This document shows, in pieces, positions 1 through 12,534 of a stretch of DNA of 64,000 nucleotides. Position 1 is the stretch's first letter. Each line of letters opens with the position of its first letter. The notes under the pieces are model-generated. The model was given only the letters and a program-made list of their open reading frames with translations. It was not told where the DNA came from and did no database searches. The stretch lies in assembly GCA_964636225.1 (NCBI GenBank), contig CAZWQM010000005.1, positions 40,668-104,667 of the forward strand, read 5' to 3'. The stretch comes from an uncultured Thiotrichales bacterium. GTDB taxonomy: Bacteria > Pseudomonadota > Gammaproteobacteria > UBA4575. Made by a program: the position numbers and the translations under genes.

Positions 1-645
1 CGTCGCCGAAGTTGTAACCACTTCATCAAAAATTGTCACTTCTTCATAATCAATTTTTTTGACTAAGCTAAATGCATCGCGTACATTTTTTATGCGCTGC
101 ATTTTTGATTTACCGATTTGTGTCTCGGTATATCTCGTTCTTTGCAGGCAATTAAAATCATAATCAAAGTTTATGTATTTACTGTACAATCGGATTAGCT
201 CATACACAGCATTAAACCCCCTTTGCCTGATACGTGCAGGATGACTTGGAACCGGAATCACCAGGCTCGATGTACACACATCAAAAAATTGTTTTAACGA
301 TAGCTGGATTAACGTATGCGCATGCTCCCAGTGATTAAAGTACTTATAACCCGTAATGAGTTGATCGATAGGTGCTCGATACCAGAATGTAGCTTTGAGT
401 GAGACATAGAACGCAGGAAGAGCCTGACAGGCACCACATATTTTGATTTCACTTCGAGACGCCATAAGGGGTAATCCACAAACCACACATACCTGACTTT
501 CTGCGCACCAGGGAAGATATTGTTTACAGGGCGGACATATACCAAGCTGACCTTTATCGATGCTTCCACACAGGCAACACCCCCAAGGGTAAATTGACCT
601 GGTCAAGTTAGTCCCTAACTTGTAAAATTTACTGATGTTATTCAT
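1..645 (-). CDS. ComF/GntX-family protein (double zinc ribbon plus phosphoribosyltransferase domain); the C-terminus runs off the window start
   Basis: My manual minus-strand translation from the ATG at 643-645 is open to position 1. It gives MNNISKFYKLGTNLTRSIYPWGCCLCGS...PVPSHPARIRQRGFNAVYEL...RTRYTETQIGKSKMQRIKNVRDAF...FDEVVTTSAT. These are the CxxC pairs and PRTase motifs of the ComF family. The ORF-track call 309..569 is in a different frame. The gene diverges from bioB, as in many gammaproteobacteria. Confidence 0.7.
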   Translation of the reverse strand, partial: MNNISKFYKLGTNLTRSIYPWGCCLCGSIDKGQLGICPPCKQYLPWCAESQVCVVCGLPLMASRSEIKICGACQALPAFYVSLKATFWYRAPIDQLITGYKYFNHWEHAHTLIQLSLKQFFDVCTSSLVIPVPSHPARIRQRGFNAVYELIRLYSKYINFDYDFNCLQRTRYTETQIGKSKMQRIKNVRDAFSLVKKIDYEEVTIFDEVVTTSAT

Positions 646-653
646 TTGACAAG
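620..653. promoter_or_regulatory. Candidate BirA operator (bioO-like imperfect inverted repeat TTGTAAAA...TTTGACAA) in the comF/bioB divergent promoter region
   Basis: TTGTAAAA at 620-627 and TTTGACAA at 645-652 form an imperfect inverted repeat. It resembles the E. coli bioO half-sites TTGTAAACC/GGTTTACAA and lies about 40-70 bp upstream of the bioB start. Confidence 0.3.
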
Positions 654-691
654 TGCTATGAGGTGTTTAGACTCCGACATAAGTTTATTTT

Positions 692-1660
692 TTGAAGCGG
701 GCCCCAATGACCAAAAAGAAATGGAATAAAGATGAAATTCGTGAAATTTTCGCAAAGCCTTTCAATGACCTGCTATTTGAAGCGCAATCCGTTCATCGTA
801 AGCACCACAACCCAAATACCATTCAAGCTAGCACGCTGTTATCTATCAAAACAGGTGCCTGCCCTGAAGATTGTGCGTATTGCCCCCAGAGTGCGCGCTA
901 TGAGACTGGCCTGGAGCGCGAACGACTTCTGTCGTTGGAAGAAGTAAGAAACGCAGCACGTAATGCCAAACAACAGGGAGCTACACGTTTTTGTATGGGT
1001 GCCGCCTGGCGTAACCCCACGGATAAGAACCTTGAAACCGTTGTCGAAATGATTAAAGAAGTACAGGCTGAAAATCTTGAAACCTGCGTCACTTTAGGCA
1101 TGTTGACTGAAAAACAGTCTAATCGATTGGCGGAAGCTGGCCTGGATTTCTATAATCATAATATTGATACCTCGCCGGAATTTTATGGTGAAATCATTAC
1201 AACCCGGGACTATCAGGACAGGCTGGATACGTTAAGAAACGTTCGCGCCTCGGGCATTAATGTCTGTTCCGGTGGAATTCTTGGTATGGGTGAAAATCGC
1301 GAACAACGCATGGGCTTACTGATGGAGCTAGCGAATATGGATCCGCCTCCTGAATCCGTACCGATAAATCTGTTAGTGCAAATCGAAGGTACGCCTCTGT
1401 TTGGCACGGATGAACTGGATCCGATTGAGTTTGTACGCATGATCGCCGCTACTCGAATATTAATTCCGGAAACCTATATTCGCTTATCTGCTGGGCGAGA
1501 ATCCATGAACGATGCCATGCAGGCCCTGTGTTTTCACGCAGGAGCAAATTCTGTTTTCTTTGGTGAAAAATTATTAACCGCAGCAAATCCCGAAGTGGAA
1601 ACCGATACAAAACTTTTTGAACGCTTAGGCATAAGTCTTGAAGCACCTACCTGTCATTAG
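692..1660 (+). CDS. bioB: Biotin synthase
   Basis: 322 aa. It has the radical-SAM CxxxCxxC motif ([13 protein letters not shown]) and is globally similar to BioB. Confidence 0.95.
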   Translation: MKRAPMTKKKWNKDEIREIFAKPFNDLLFEAQSVHRKHHNPNTIQASTLLSIKTGACPEDCAYCPQSARYETGLERERLLSLEEVRNAARNAKQQGATRFCMGAAWRNPTDKNLETVVEMIKEVQAENLETCVTLGMLTEKQSNRLAEAGLDFYNHNIDTSPEFYGEIITTRDYQDRLDTLRNVRASGINVCSGGILGMGENREQRMGLLMELANMDPPPESVPINLLVQIEGTPLFGTDELDPIEFVRMIAATRILIPETYIRLSAGRESMNDAMQALCFHAGANSVFFGEKLLTAANPEVETDTKLFERLGISLEAPTCH

Positions 1661-1672
1661 CAATTTCAGGCT

Positions 1673-2836
1673 GTGGCCAATTCAATCTCTCAACAGCTAG
1701 CTGCATTAAAGCAACAGGGTGCGTACCGACACCGCCAGCCTCTACAAAGTCCGCAAGGTGTGGAGGTGCGGATCAATGAAAAATCCTTTATATCATTCTG
1801 TAGTAATGATTATTTAGGGCTGGCGAATGAGCCACGAGTGTGTCAAGCCGCGACTAAAGCGATATCCCAATTTGGCTTGGGCAGCGGCGCATCTCAGCTC
1901 ATCAGCGGCTATTCTTCTTTACATGTTTCTTTAGAAGAAAAACTGGCAGATTTTTTTGGGTATCAACGCTGCCTGCTGTTTTCATCCGGTTATCTGGCTA
2001 ACCTGGGTGTGATCTCGGCTTTCAGTACACGTCAAAGCTTAATTCTAGAAGACAAATTAAATCATGCCTCGCTGATTGATGCTGCAAGATATGCGGGCAG
2101 TCATTTAAAACGCTATCGACATCGCGATGTGAGTCATGCCAGTCAAATTATCGATTATAGTAAGCCCCATTCCTGCTTACTTGTCAGTGATGGTGTATTT
2201 AGCATGGAAGGCAGTATTGCTCCTTTGCAGCAACTGGCTCAATTAAAACGCAAGTTCACTGGAAAATTAATTATAGATGATGCCCACGGGATTGGGGTGC
2301 TTGGAGACCACGGAAAAGGATGCCTGGAAGATTGCGGGCTGGATCATAATGATATTGATATTCTAATTGGTACTTTTGGTAAATCGTTTGGCTGCAGTGG
2401 TGCATTTGTATTATCAGACCATGACCATATTGAATTCCTCATTCAAAAAGCACGAACATTAATTTATACCACCGCTCCTCCCGCAGCACTGGCGGCCGCT
2501 GCCATACTGAGTCTGGATATCATCCAACATGAACCGGAACGTCGTCTGCGATTACAAAACAATATTGACTATTTTCGCCAGGCCATGATCCCCACAAAGC
2601 TGAATTTACTTGATTCGCGTACGGCCATTCAGACAATTATTCTGGGTGAAAATGAACAGGCACTCTGGTTCAGCCAGCAGCTTGAAAACAAAGGTTTGCT
2701 TGTAATGGCGATTCGTCCCCCAACAGTTCCCAAGAATAGCGCCAGACTACGAATCACGTTATCGAGTGAACACAGTCATCATCAAATTGATTTGCTAATT
2801 AATGCATTGCTGGAAATTGAAACCAGTCTATTGTGA
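1673..2836 (+). CDS. bioF: 8-amino-7-oxononanoate synthase
   Basis: 387 aa PLP-dependent class-II aminotransferase fold with the GTFGKSFGCSGAF lysine motif. It sits directly downstream of bioB. GTG start. Confidence 0.9.
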   Translation: MANSISQQLAALKQQGAYRHRQPLQSPQGVEVRINEKSFISFCSNDYLGLANEPRVCQAATKAISQFGLGSGASQLISGYSSLHVSLEEKLADFFGYQRCLLFSSGYLANLGVISAFSTRQSLILEDKLNHASLIDAARYAGSHLKRYRHRDVSHASQIIDYSKPHSCLLVSDGVFSMEGSIAPLQQLAQLKRKFTGKLIIDDAHGIGVLGDHGKGCLEDCGLDHNDIDILIGTFGKSFGCSGAFVLSDHDHIEFLIQKARTLIYTTAPPAALAAAAILSLDIIQHEPERRLRLQNNIDYFRQAMIPTKLNLLDSRTAIQTIILGENEQALWFSQQLENKGLLVMAIRPPTVPKNSARLRITLSSEHSHHQIDLLINALLEIETSLL

Positions 2837-2844
2837 ATACTGAA

Positions 2845-3570
2845 TCACATAAGCCCATGTTCCGCCATAGAAAAGGTTTCTTCTCCAACAATGATGTGAT
2901 CTAGTACATGCACATCAATTAAGTTTAGTGCCTGATTTATTTTATGAGTAATCTATTTATCAGCTTCACTTGGCTGGTAGTTTCCCGAAGGATGATTGTG
3001 CGCAAGAATTACTTTCGCAGTATTGGTTCTTAACACCAACTTGACGATCTCACGGGGATACACACTTGCATTATTAATCCTGCCTTTAAACAATTCTTCA
3101 TAGCGGATTAACTGGTTCCGTGTATCCAGCAGCAAGCATGCAAATACCTACGAGGTGTAATCACGCATTTTCGATAATAAAAATCTTGCTGCCTGTTTTG
3201 AACTAGTGAATTCAGGTTTTGACTCCAGTTGTTGCATCAGACTACGCTGTGCAATCGTACTTATCGCTAAAATCTGAGTGAATTTTGCCGGCCCAAGCCC
3301 TTTGATAGCCCGTAATTGTTCACTCTCACATTTCAGCAGACCACGAATACCACCAAATTGATCCAGTAATTCCTGTGCCAGTTCAAGCACACTTTTTCCT
3401 GCCAGTCCGGTTCTTAAAATAATGGCCAAAAGCTCTGCATCGGATAATATCTCCGCACCCTCCTTAATGAGTCTCTCACAAGGGCCATTTTTTGTGACCA
3501 ATTTTGTTTCATTGACTATAAAAAACTGAAGTCGGGTACACGCCGAAAGGATTGATTCTGGTACACTCAT
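2845..3570 (-). pseudogene. radC: radC (JAB/MPN-domain DNA repair protein) interrupted by two in-frame TAG codons
   Basis: ORFs 3148..3570 and 2953..3135 are in the same frame. Reading through TAG (3148-3150) and TAG (2953-2955) gives continuous RadC-like sequence: ...[106 protein letters not shown]. The HNHPSG (JAMM) motif and C-terminal tail are conserved. Confidence 0.75.
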
Positions 3571-4808
3571 TTTCCATGAAACTTACAAACAAGCATATTC
3601 TTGTCGCCGTTACTGGTGGTATCGCTGCCTACAAGTCTGCCGAATTTGTTCGGGCGCTACAAAGGGCAGGTGCACAAGTGCGTGTAGTCATGACAGAAAG
3701 TGCGACAAAATTTGTCACGCCATTGACCTTTCAGGCCCTTTCAGGTTATCCGGTACATGCCGCCGATAATGGCCAGTTCGACAAGTCCGGCATGGACCAT
3801 ATCGCGCTTGCACGTTGGTCCGATGCCATCATTGTGGCGCCTGCCACCGCGAATATCATTGCTAAAATTAGTCACGGCGTTGCAGATAATTTTGTCAGTT
3901 CCCTGTGTCTTGCTCACCAGGGTCATTTAGCCGTAGCCCCCGCTATGAATCAGGCTATGTGGAAAAATATCGCCAGCCAGAACAATATTGCCGCGCTGAA
4001 AGAAAGAGGTATAAAAGTCTTTGGTCCCGCACAGGGTGTTCAGGCCTGTGGCGAAACAGGTGAAGGCAGAATGCTTGAACCCAATGATTTGACACAGCTG
4101 TGTATTTCATTATTTCCCAATCATTCCCTAACAGGTAAAAAAGTCGTGATTACAGCGGGCCCTACGCAGGAAGCGATCGACCCGGTGCGATTTATCAGTA
4201 ATCGTTCCTCAGGAAAAATGGGTTACGCAATTGCGCAAGCCGCACTGGAGGCCGGTGCCGATGTCACTGTGATTACCGGTCCTACCCATTTACACAAAAA
4301 TGATCGTATTCATTACGTGAATGTGGAATCTTCTCAGCAAATGCATGCTGCTACATTGGCTAATTGTGCAAATGCCGATTTATTTATTGCGGCAGCGGCA
4401 GTGGCAGACTACCGACCGAAAAATATTTCTATGCAAAAAGTTAAAAAACATGATGAAAATTTTTCACTAAAGCTCACTCGCACTGCAGATATTTTAAAAG
4501 ATGTGAAGCAGGCTTATGCCCGCCTTTTCTGTGTAGGCTTTGCTGCCGAAACAGAAAACATTATTGAAAACGCTTTAACAAAATTGCGTAATAAATCACT
4601 TAATATGATTATCGCCAATCAGGTAGGCCTGCCTGATCAGGGTTTTGACAGTGACTATAATGCTATTGAGATAATTACAGAGAATAGTGTGATATCAATT
4701 GGTCGTGCTCGCAAAGCAGAGCTAGCCCGACAAATAATCGAAAATATTTCTAAACAACTCAAACTGGATACACCCCAAACTAATGTCACTTACATCCAAC
4801 CCAAATAA
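3552..4808 (+). CDS. coaBC: Bifunctional phosphopantothenoylcysteine decarboxylase / phosphopantothenate-cysteine ligase
   Basis: 418 aa with a flavoprotein N-domain plus a CoaB domain. It is divergent from radC, matching the E. coli dfp-radC arrangement. The true start may be the internal [10 protein letters not shown]. Confidence 0.9.
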   Translation: MILVHSFSMKLTNKHILVAVTGGIAAYKSAEFVRALQRAGAQVRVVMTESATKFVTPLTFQALSGYPVHAADNGQFDKSGMDHIALARWSDAIIVAPATANIIAKISHGVADNFVSSLCLAHQGHLAVAPAMNQAMWKNIASQNNIAALKERGIKVFGPAQGVQACGETGEGRMLEPNDLTQLCISLFPNHSLTGKKVVITAGPTQEAIDPVRFISNRSSGKMGYAIAQAALEAGADVTVITGPTHLHKNDRIHYVNVESSQQMHAATLANCANADLFIAAAAVADYRPKNISMQKVKKHDENFSLKLTRTADILKDVKQAYARLFCVGFAAETENIIENALTKLRNKSLNMIIANQVGLPDQGFDSDYNAIEIITENSVISIGRARKAELARQIIENISKQLKLDTPQTNVTYIQPK

Positions 4809-5256
4809 AATCAAACTTAAAATCTTGGACAGTCGGATAGGTAACGAATTTCCTATGCCAGGTTATGCTACCTGCGGTTCTGCAGGCTTGGATTTACAGG
4901 CCTGCATCGAACACACTTTGACCGTCAAAGCAGGGGAAACGCATCTTATTCCTACAGGCATCTCAATTTTTATAGATGACCCTTCCCTTGCAGCAGTTAT
5001 ACTCCCACGCTCTGGCTTAGGACATAAACATGGCATCGTACTGGGAAATCTGGTCGGACTTATTGATTCTGACTACCAGGGACCGTTAATGGTGTCCTTG
5101 TGGAATCGAGGAGATAAAGAATTCACAATAGAGCCCGGAGATCGTATGGCTCAGCTGGTGTTTGTTCCAGTTGTACAGGTAGACTTTGAAATCGTAGATG
5201 ACTTTGTAACGACCGATCGTGGACAAGGAGGCTTTGGCCACACGGGTCAAAAATAA
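4783..5256 (+). CDS. dut: dUTP diphosphatase
   Basis: 157 aa, near-identical in motifs to E. coli Dut ([26 protein letters not shown]). It lies downstream of coaBC, as in E. coli. Confidence 0.95.
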   Translation: MSLTSNPNKIKLKILDSRIGNEFPMPGYATCGSAGLDLQACIEHTLTVKAGETHLIPTGISIFIDDPSLAAVILPRSGLGHKHGIVLGNLVGLIDSDYQGPLMVSLWNRGDKEFTIEPGDRMAQLVFVPVVQVDFEIVDDFVTTDRGQGGFGHTGQK

Positions 5257-5287
5257 TAATGTTTATTAAGACTTTACGGAAAGAACA

Positions 5288-7548
<2,261 letters not shown>

Positions 7549-7651
7549 CTGCACGTTTTGTGAGTTCCTTGTAGCGTTCTATATCTTCACCAAACTTTTT
7601 ACGTAGCCGTTCTTTTTCAACCGCTTTGTCGTTGATGTATTCTTCGATTCC

Positions 7652-8164
7652 TCAAATGCGACTTAATACTTTAAGTTCGGTTGTATCAATCCACTCCGGG
7701 GGCTCCATATCCCGCTCTATGAATCGATTACGGCTTTCATTCAGCTTAGCCAGTTCCTGCTGCTGTTTACGCAGTCGTTCACGAGACATATTAATTGATT
7801 GTTCGATGAGGTTGATTCTTTCATCGCGTACTTCCAGAATCTGTTCGGGGCTATTAAAGGTAGCTAATAGAACACGGTCATAAGCATCCTGTTCTTCACG
7901 ACGCTGACGTTCCATTTTTGCTATACGCTGCTGCTCTTCATAGCGTTTTTGCTCTTCTGGTGATCGAGCAGGACTGACCTCTTCAACAACCTGTCCACTT
8001 TCATCCAGCAAGCTACGCCCCGAATTGACTTCCTCGGCGGGCACCTGGTCACCATACTGGGTGTTGCCATTTTTATCTTTCCAGCGGAAATATTCTGCCG
8101 ACACCAAACCGCTCCACGTCATGGCGCAAATCATTAAAACAATTGTGGTTTTGTATCGTCGCAT
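7652..8164 (-). CDS. DUF4124-domain periplasmic protein with a charged coiled-coil region
   Basis: It has a signal peptide and the FRWKDKNGNTQYGDQ motif typical of DUF4124. The middle is rich in E/R/Q. Confidence 0.6.
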   Translation of the reverse strand: MRRYKTTIVLMICAMTWSGLVSAEYFRWKDKNGNTQYGDQVPAEEVNSGRSLLDESGQVVEEVSPARSPEEQKRYEEQQRIAKMERQRREEQDAYDRVLLATFNSPEQILEVRDERINLIEQSINMSRERLRKQQQELAKLNESRNRFIERDMEPPEWIDTTELKVLSRI

Positions 8165-8234
8165 TTGAATACTAACTATACAAGGCGTCCTGTTATAAAA
8201 CTCTAGATTAGATCACTAATTTTCCGGCGAGTTC

Positions 8235-8873
8235 TTATTGAATGCCATAAGTTTGTCGATAGGATGTTAATTGTTCCAGTTGGCCGGAGAGGTCTTCACG
8301 AGATCTGGTGTAATCCAGCAAATCATCCAGTTTCGCAATGGCTATTACCGGAATTTTATAGGCGCGTTCGACTTCCTGAATCGCACTACCCCCATTAGGC
8401 CCTTTTTCCTGGCGGTCGAGTGCCACCACTACAGCGGCAGGCTCTGCTCCCGCCTCTTGTATCAGTTCCATACTCTCCCGGATGGCAGTGCCTGCGGTAA
8501 TCACATCATCTACAATAACCACACGTCCAGCGAGTGGTGCACCAATCAACTTTCCAGCTTCACCATGGGTTTTGGCCTCTTTGCGATTAAAACTGACACT
8601 CACTGAACGTTGATACTGGCTGTCCAGTGCAATCGCAGTGGCTGTGGCGAGCGGTATCCCTTTATAAGCCGGGCCAAACAATAGATCAAATGCGATGTTG
8701 GATTGCATCAGTGCGGCTGCATAATATTGACCCAAAACATTAAATGCAGATCCCTGATTAAATTTTCCGGCATTAAAAAAATAGGGACTAAGCCGTCCAG
8801 ATTTAAGTGTAAATTCACCGAATTGCAAGGCATCATTTTCAAGTGCAAATTGGACAAAAGAAGAAGCTTTCAT
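8235..8873 (-). CDS. pyrE: Orotate phosphoribosyltransferase
   Basis: 212 aa with the PRTase motif VVIVDDVITAGTAI. Confidence 0.9.
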   Translation of the reverse strand: MKASSFVQFALENDALQFGEFTLKSGRLSPYFFNAGKFNQGSAFNVLGQYYAAALMQSNIAFDLLFGPAYKGIPLATATAIALDSQYQRSVSVSFNRKEAKTHGEAGKLIGAPLAGRVVIVDDVITAGTAIRESMELIQEAGAEPAAVVVALDRQEKGPNGGSAIQEVERAYKIPVIAIAKLDDLLDYTRSREDLSGQLEQLTSYRQTYGIQ

Positions 8874-8950
8874 TGTATTTTGTTTAATGATAGTTGTTTT
8901 TCAGCATGCTAAAGTAAGCAGGTTCTTTTAACAATCTCACCAAATTTCTC

Positions 8951-9736
8951 TTGCCTAAGACAAAAATTATTTCCCTGAATGCAAATGGCATTCGAGCCGC
9001 CGCCCGAAAAGGTTTTTTTGATTGGTTAGCCCTGCAGAATGCCGATCTGGTATGTATACAGGAAACCAAGGCGCAAATTGATCAACTGCAGGCGGATTCC
9101 AGTTTTTTTCCAGACGGTTATCATCACTACTACGTTGATGCGCAAAAAAAAGGCTATAGTGGCGTGGCGATTTACAGTCGTAAAAAACCCCATAAAGTGA
9201 TTTCCCAATTCGGTGTTGAAGAATTTGATGATGAAGGCAGATATATTGAATTACAGTTTGATGATATTGCCATTGTTTCTCTTTATGCGCCTTCAGGATC
9301 CTCCAGCGAAGAACGACAGCAGGCCAAATTTCGCTTTATGGATGTATTTATGCAGCACCTTAAAATTTTAAAACGACGTAAACGTGAATACATTATTTGC
9401 GGTGACTGGAATATTGCACATAAAGAAATTGATTTAAAAAACTGGAAAGGAAACAAAAAAAATTCTGGCTTCCTGCCCGAAGAACGTGCCTGGGTGGACC
9501 AACTGTTTTACAAGGAAAACTATATCGACGTTTTTCGAGAAATCAATCAGCAGGAAGACCAATATACCTGGTGGTCTAATCGCGGCCAGGCATGGGCTAA
9601 AAACGTCGGCTGGAGAATCGACTACCACATCGCAACGCCCGGTTTAGCAGGGCTGGCCAGCGCGGAATCCATCTATAAAGATGAGCGCTTTTCAGATCAC
9701 GCGCCATTGATTATAGAGTATGATTTTACCCTCTAA
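8951..9736 (+). CDS. xthA: Exodeoxyribonuclease III
   Basis: 261 aa endonuclease/exonuclease/phosphatase family (LVCIQETK...GDWNIAH...SDHAPL). Probable TTG start. Confidence 0.85.
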   Translation: MPKTKIISLNANGIRAAARKGFFDWLALQNADLVCIQETKAQIDQLQADSSFFPDGYHHYYVDAQKKGYSGVAIYSRKKPHKVISQFGVEEFDDEGRYIELQFDDIAIVSLYAPSGSSSEERQQAKFRFMDVFMQHLKILKRRKREYIICGDWNIAHKEIDLKNWKGNKKNSGFLPEERAWVDQLFYKENYIDVFREINQQEDQYTWWSNRGQAWAKNVGWRIDYHIATPGLAGLASAESIYKDERFSDHAPLIIEYDFTL

Positions 9737-9739
9737 CGT

Positions 9740-11104
9740 ATGAATAGCTGGGCACAGTCATTTCAAATATATCTACACCCAAAAATGCTCGCCATGCTCG
9801 TATTGGGTTTTTCTGCTGGATTACCTTTGCTGCTGGTGTTTGGTACACTTTCTTTCTGGCTACGCAAGGAGGGGATTGATAGAAGCACTATTGGTTATAT
9901 TTCCTGGGTGGCCGCCTTATACGGCGTTAAATTTTTATGGTCTCCTCTGGTTGATAGATTACCTCTACCCTTGTTATCGAAATATATGGGGCAACGACGC
10001 AGCTGGATGTTCATCGCCCAGCTTGGCGTACTATCAGGCTTATTGCTGCTAGGGACAGTTAATCCTCAGGACCAACTATCGCAATTAGTCATATTTGCTT
10101 TATTGGTCGCTTTTTTTTCGGCTACACAAGACATTGCTCTAGATGCCTGGCGTATCGAATCTGCACCCAGCGAAGAACAGGGCGCCATGGCCGGGACTTA
10201 TCAATTGGGCTATCGCTTAGGCATGTTATTGGCCGGAGGCGGGGCTTTTTCGCTTGCACATTTTTATAGCTGGAATACTGCCTATACTGTTATGGGCTTT
10301 AGCATGCTGACAGGGTTAATTACTACTTTGATTGTATCTGAACCCCTACGATGCGGATCTACACAGACGGCTACACAAGAATCCGCCGTGATTAATTTTC
10401 TTCAGTGCTCTACCACGCTTCCAAAACCTTTACGCAATAGTGTTGCCTGGTTTTTGGCTGCCGTTGTTTGTCCATTTACTGATTTCTTTAAACGTAATGG
10501 TATCTTTTCAATTGTTATTCTACTGTTTATCGGCACTTTCAGATTAAGCGACATTACCATGGGTGTGATGTCCGGGCCATTTTATGCAGATATGGGTTAC
10601 AGTGAACTGCAGGTAGGTTTGATCTCAAAAACATTTGGCATTGGTGTCACTATCGCAGGCGCCTTGCTCGGCGGCGTGCTGGTCATGCGTTGGGGGATTT
10701 TAAAAGTATTATTGATTGCGGGTATATTAGTCGTTGTTACAAATCTCGTATTTGTCTGGCTTGCTACCCAGGAACCTAAAACCTGGCTTCTTGCGATTGT
10801 CATCACTGCCGATAATTTAAGCGGTGGTATTGCCGGGACTGTATTTATTGCCTACCTCTCAAGCTTGACCAATAAAATATATACGGCCACTCAATATGCA
10901 CTACTAAGTTCAATCATGCTGCTACCTGCAAAATTTTTAGGCGGTTTTTCAGGAAAAATTGTTGACGATTATGGCTATATTAACTTTTTCATTTATGCTG
11001 CCTGCTTAGGATTGCCTGCCATACTTCTTGCGCTTTATCTCGCAACTCGCAAAAGCATAAGCAGTCTTAGCTTCGATAAGCCAACCTCTCAGGAGCTTAA
11101 ATAA
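9740..11104 (+). CDS. MFS transporter, AmpG-family muropeptide permease-like
   Basis: 454 aa with multiple transmembrane segments and AmpG-like N-terminal motifs (GLPLLLVFGTLSFWLRKEGIDRSTIG). Confidence 0.75.
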   Translation: MNSWAQSFQIYLHPKMLAMLVLGFSAGLPLLLVFGTLSFWLRKEGIDRSTIGYISWVAALYGVKFLWSPLVDRLPLPLLSKYMGQRRSWMFIAQLGVLSGLLLLGTVNPQDQLSQLVIFALLVAFFSATQDIALDAWRIESAPSEEQGAMAGTYQLGYRLGMLLAGGGAFSLAHFYSWNTAYTVMGFSMLTGLITTLIVSEPLRCGSTQTATQESAVINFLQCSTTLPKPLRNSVAWFLAAVVCPFTDFFKRNGIFSIVILLFIGTFRLSDITMGVMSGPFYADMGYSELQVGLISKTFGIGVTIAGALLGGVLVMRWGILKVLLIAGILVVVTNLVFVWLATQEPKTWLLAIVITADNLSGGIAGTVFIAYLSSLTNKIYTATQYALLSSIMLLPAKFLGGFSGKIVDDYGYINFFIYAACLGLPAILLALYLATRKSISSLSFDKPTSQELK

Positions 11105-11861
11105 TGTTTGGCTTTATTCACAAAAAATTTTATTTCTCTTTATTTATCGTTCTAAGTTTACTTTTTTTTATAGCCTGACGCCCGTTTATGCTGGCTGGTT
11201 TGATAAAATCAAAGATGTCATCAATTCAGAATCATCAAGCTCTACGTCAAGTACATCCCTCACTGACAATGAAATTGCGGATGCATTAAAAGAAGCGCTC
11301 AGTGTAGGTTCCAGTAATGTAGTCAGTCAGCTTAGTGCTCCAGGTGGATTTAATCTGGATTCAAATATACATATTCCTTTACCGGAATCGTTGCAAACTG
11401 TGCAGAAAACTATGAACAAATTCGGCATGGGAAGCTCGTTAAACAATCTTGAAAACAAATTGAACGAAGCAGCCGAAATCCCCACCGAAAAAGCTAAACC
11501 TTTATTTCTAGATGCGATTAAGCAAATGACGTGGAGTGATGTAAAATCTATTTTGAATGGACCGGATGATGCAGCGACTCAATATTTCAAGGGGAAAATG
11601 TCATCACCTTTAACCGCCGAAATGTAGCCCATAGTAGACAACAGTTTGAGCGAAGTAGGCTCAATTAATACATATAATGATGTTATGGGTAAATATAAAT
11701 CTTTGCCTTTGGTGCCGGATGTTCAGGCAGATTTGAGTCAGCATGTTTTAAGCAAAGGTATCGATGGAATATTCTATTATCTGGCCAAAGAGGAAAAAGC
11801 AATTAGAGATAATCCGGCTAAAAGAACAACCGATTTATTGAAAAAAGTTTTTGCAAAATAG
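11104..11861 (+). pseudogene. DUF4197-family periplasmic protein, disrupted by a frameshift at a T8 tract and an in-frame TAG
   Basis: The ATG at 11104 encodes a signal-peptide-like MFGFIHKKFYFSLFIVLSLLFFIA and then stops. The next frame continues from the T8 run (11162-11169) as ...YSLTPVYAGW...DNEIADALKEALSVGSSNVVSQL..., which is DUF4197-like. This runs into ORFs 11391..11627 and 11646..11861, which share a frame and are split only by TAG at 11625-11627 (...PLTAEM*PIVDNSLSEVGS...). Confidence 0.65.
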
Positions 11862-11895
11862 CTGCCAGACCAAAAACATATTTAATAGATCTATT

Positions 11896-12510
11896 TCAGG
11901 GGTCTATTTTAATTGCCGTTCCATCAGGCACGAGATTCCATAGTTCAATCATGTCCTGGTTTTCAAGCGCGATACACCCTTCTGTCCAATCAGGGCCTTT
12001 GAAGGTGAGCTTGATTCTTTCTGACCAGTTGCTTGGCTGACCGTGAATCATTATCTCTCCTCCCGGATCAATGCCGGCTTCTCTGGCAGATTTTGATTGC
12101 TTTAGGTTTGGATAAGATACATGGATAGAACGAAAAAACTTGCTGTTAGGATTGCGCCAATCCAGTGTATACAATCCTTCAGGTGTTCTCGAATCTCCTT
12201 CTTTTATCTTTTGCCCATCAGGATGTTTACCCAGAGCAATTCTGTAGCTTTTAACCATTATATCGTCTGAATACAACGCCAACTCGCGCGCTTTCTTTTT
12301 TACATGAACGTAATTCACGGTTCGATTGAATGGCTGTGCCGGCGTTTTAATATTTTCTATTTTTTCAACCCTTTGCTTGGCCTGAATCTTAGTTTTCACG
12401 GGTTCCAATATGAGTGGTCTGTCTGCCATGGCGCAAACAGATAACGACCATAGCAAAACTAAAATGATGCCTTTACGCGATATTCGCATAACTTTAAAAA
12501 TCCTTTTCAA
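11896..12510 (-). CDS. L,D-transpeptidase (YkuD domain) with signal peptide
   Basis: 204 aa with the catalytic IHG...SEGCIAL signature (MIHGQP...TEGCIALEN). Confidence 0.75.
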   Translation of the reverse strand: MKRIFKVMRISRKGIILVLLWSLSVCAMADRPLILEPVKTKIQAKQRVEKIENIKTPAQPFNRTVNYVHVKKKARELALYSDDIMVKSYRIALGKHPDGQKIKEGDSRTPEGLYTLDWRNPNSKFFRSIHVSYPNLKQSKSAREAGIDPGGEIMIHGQPSNWSERIKLTFKGPDWTEGCIALENQDMIELWNLVPDGTAIKIDP

Positions 12511-12534
12511 TTATCGATATCAAAAAATATTTAC

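Noticed and set aside
309-569. 86-aa minus-strand ORF from the six-frame track
   Set aside because: It is in the wrong frame. My manual translation shows a continuous ComF-family ORF from 645 down to position 1 in another frame, with clear CxxC and PRTase motifs.
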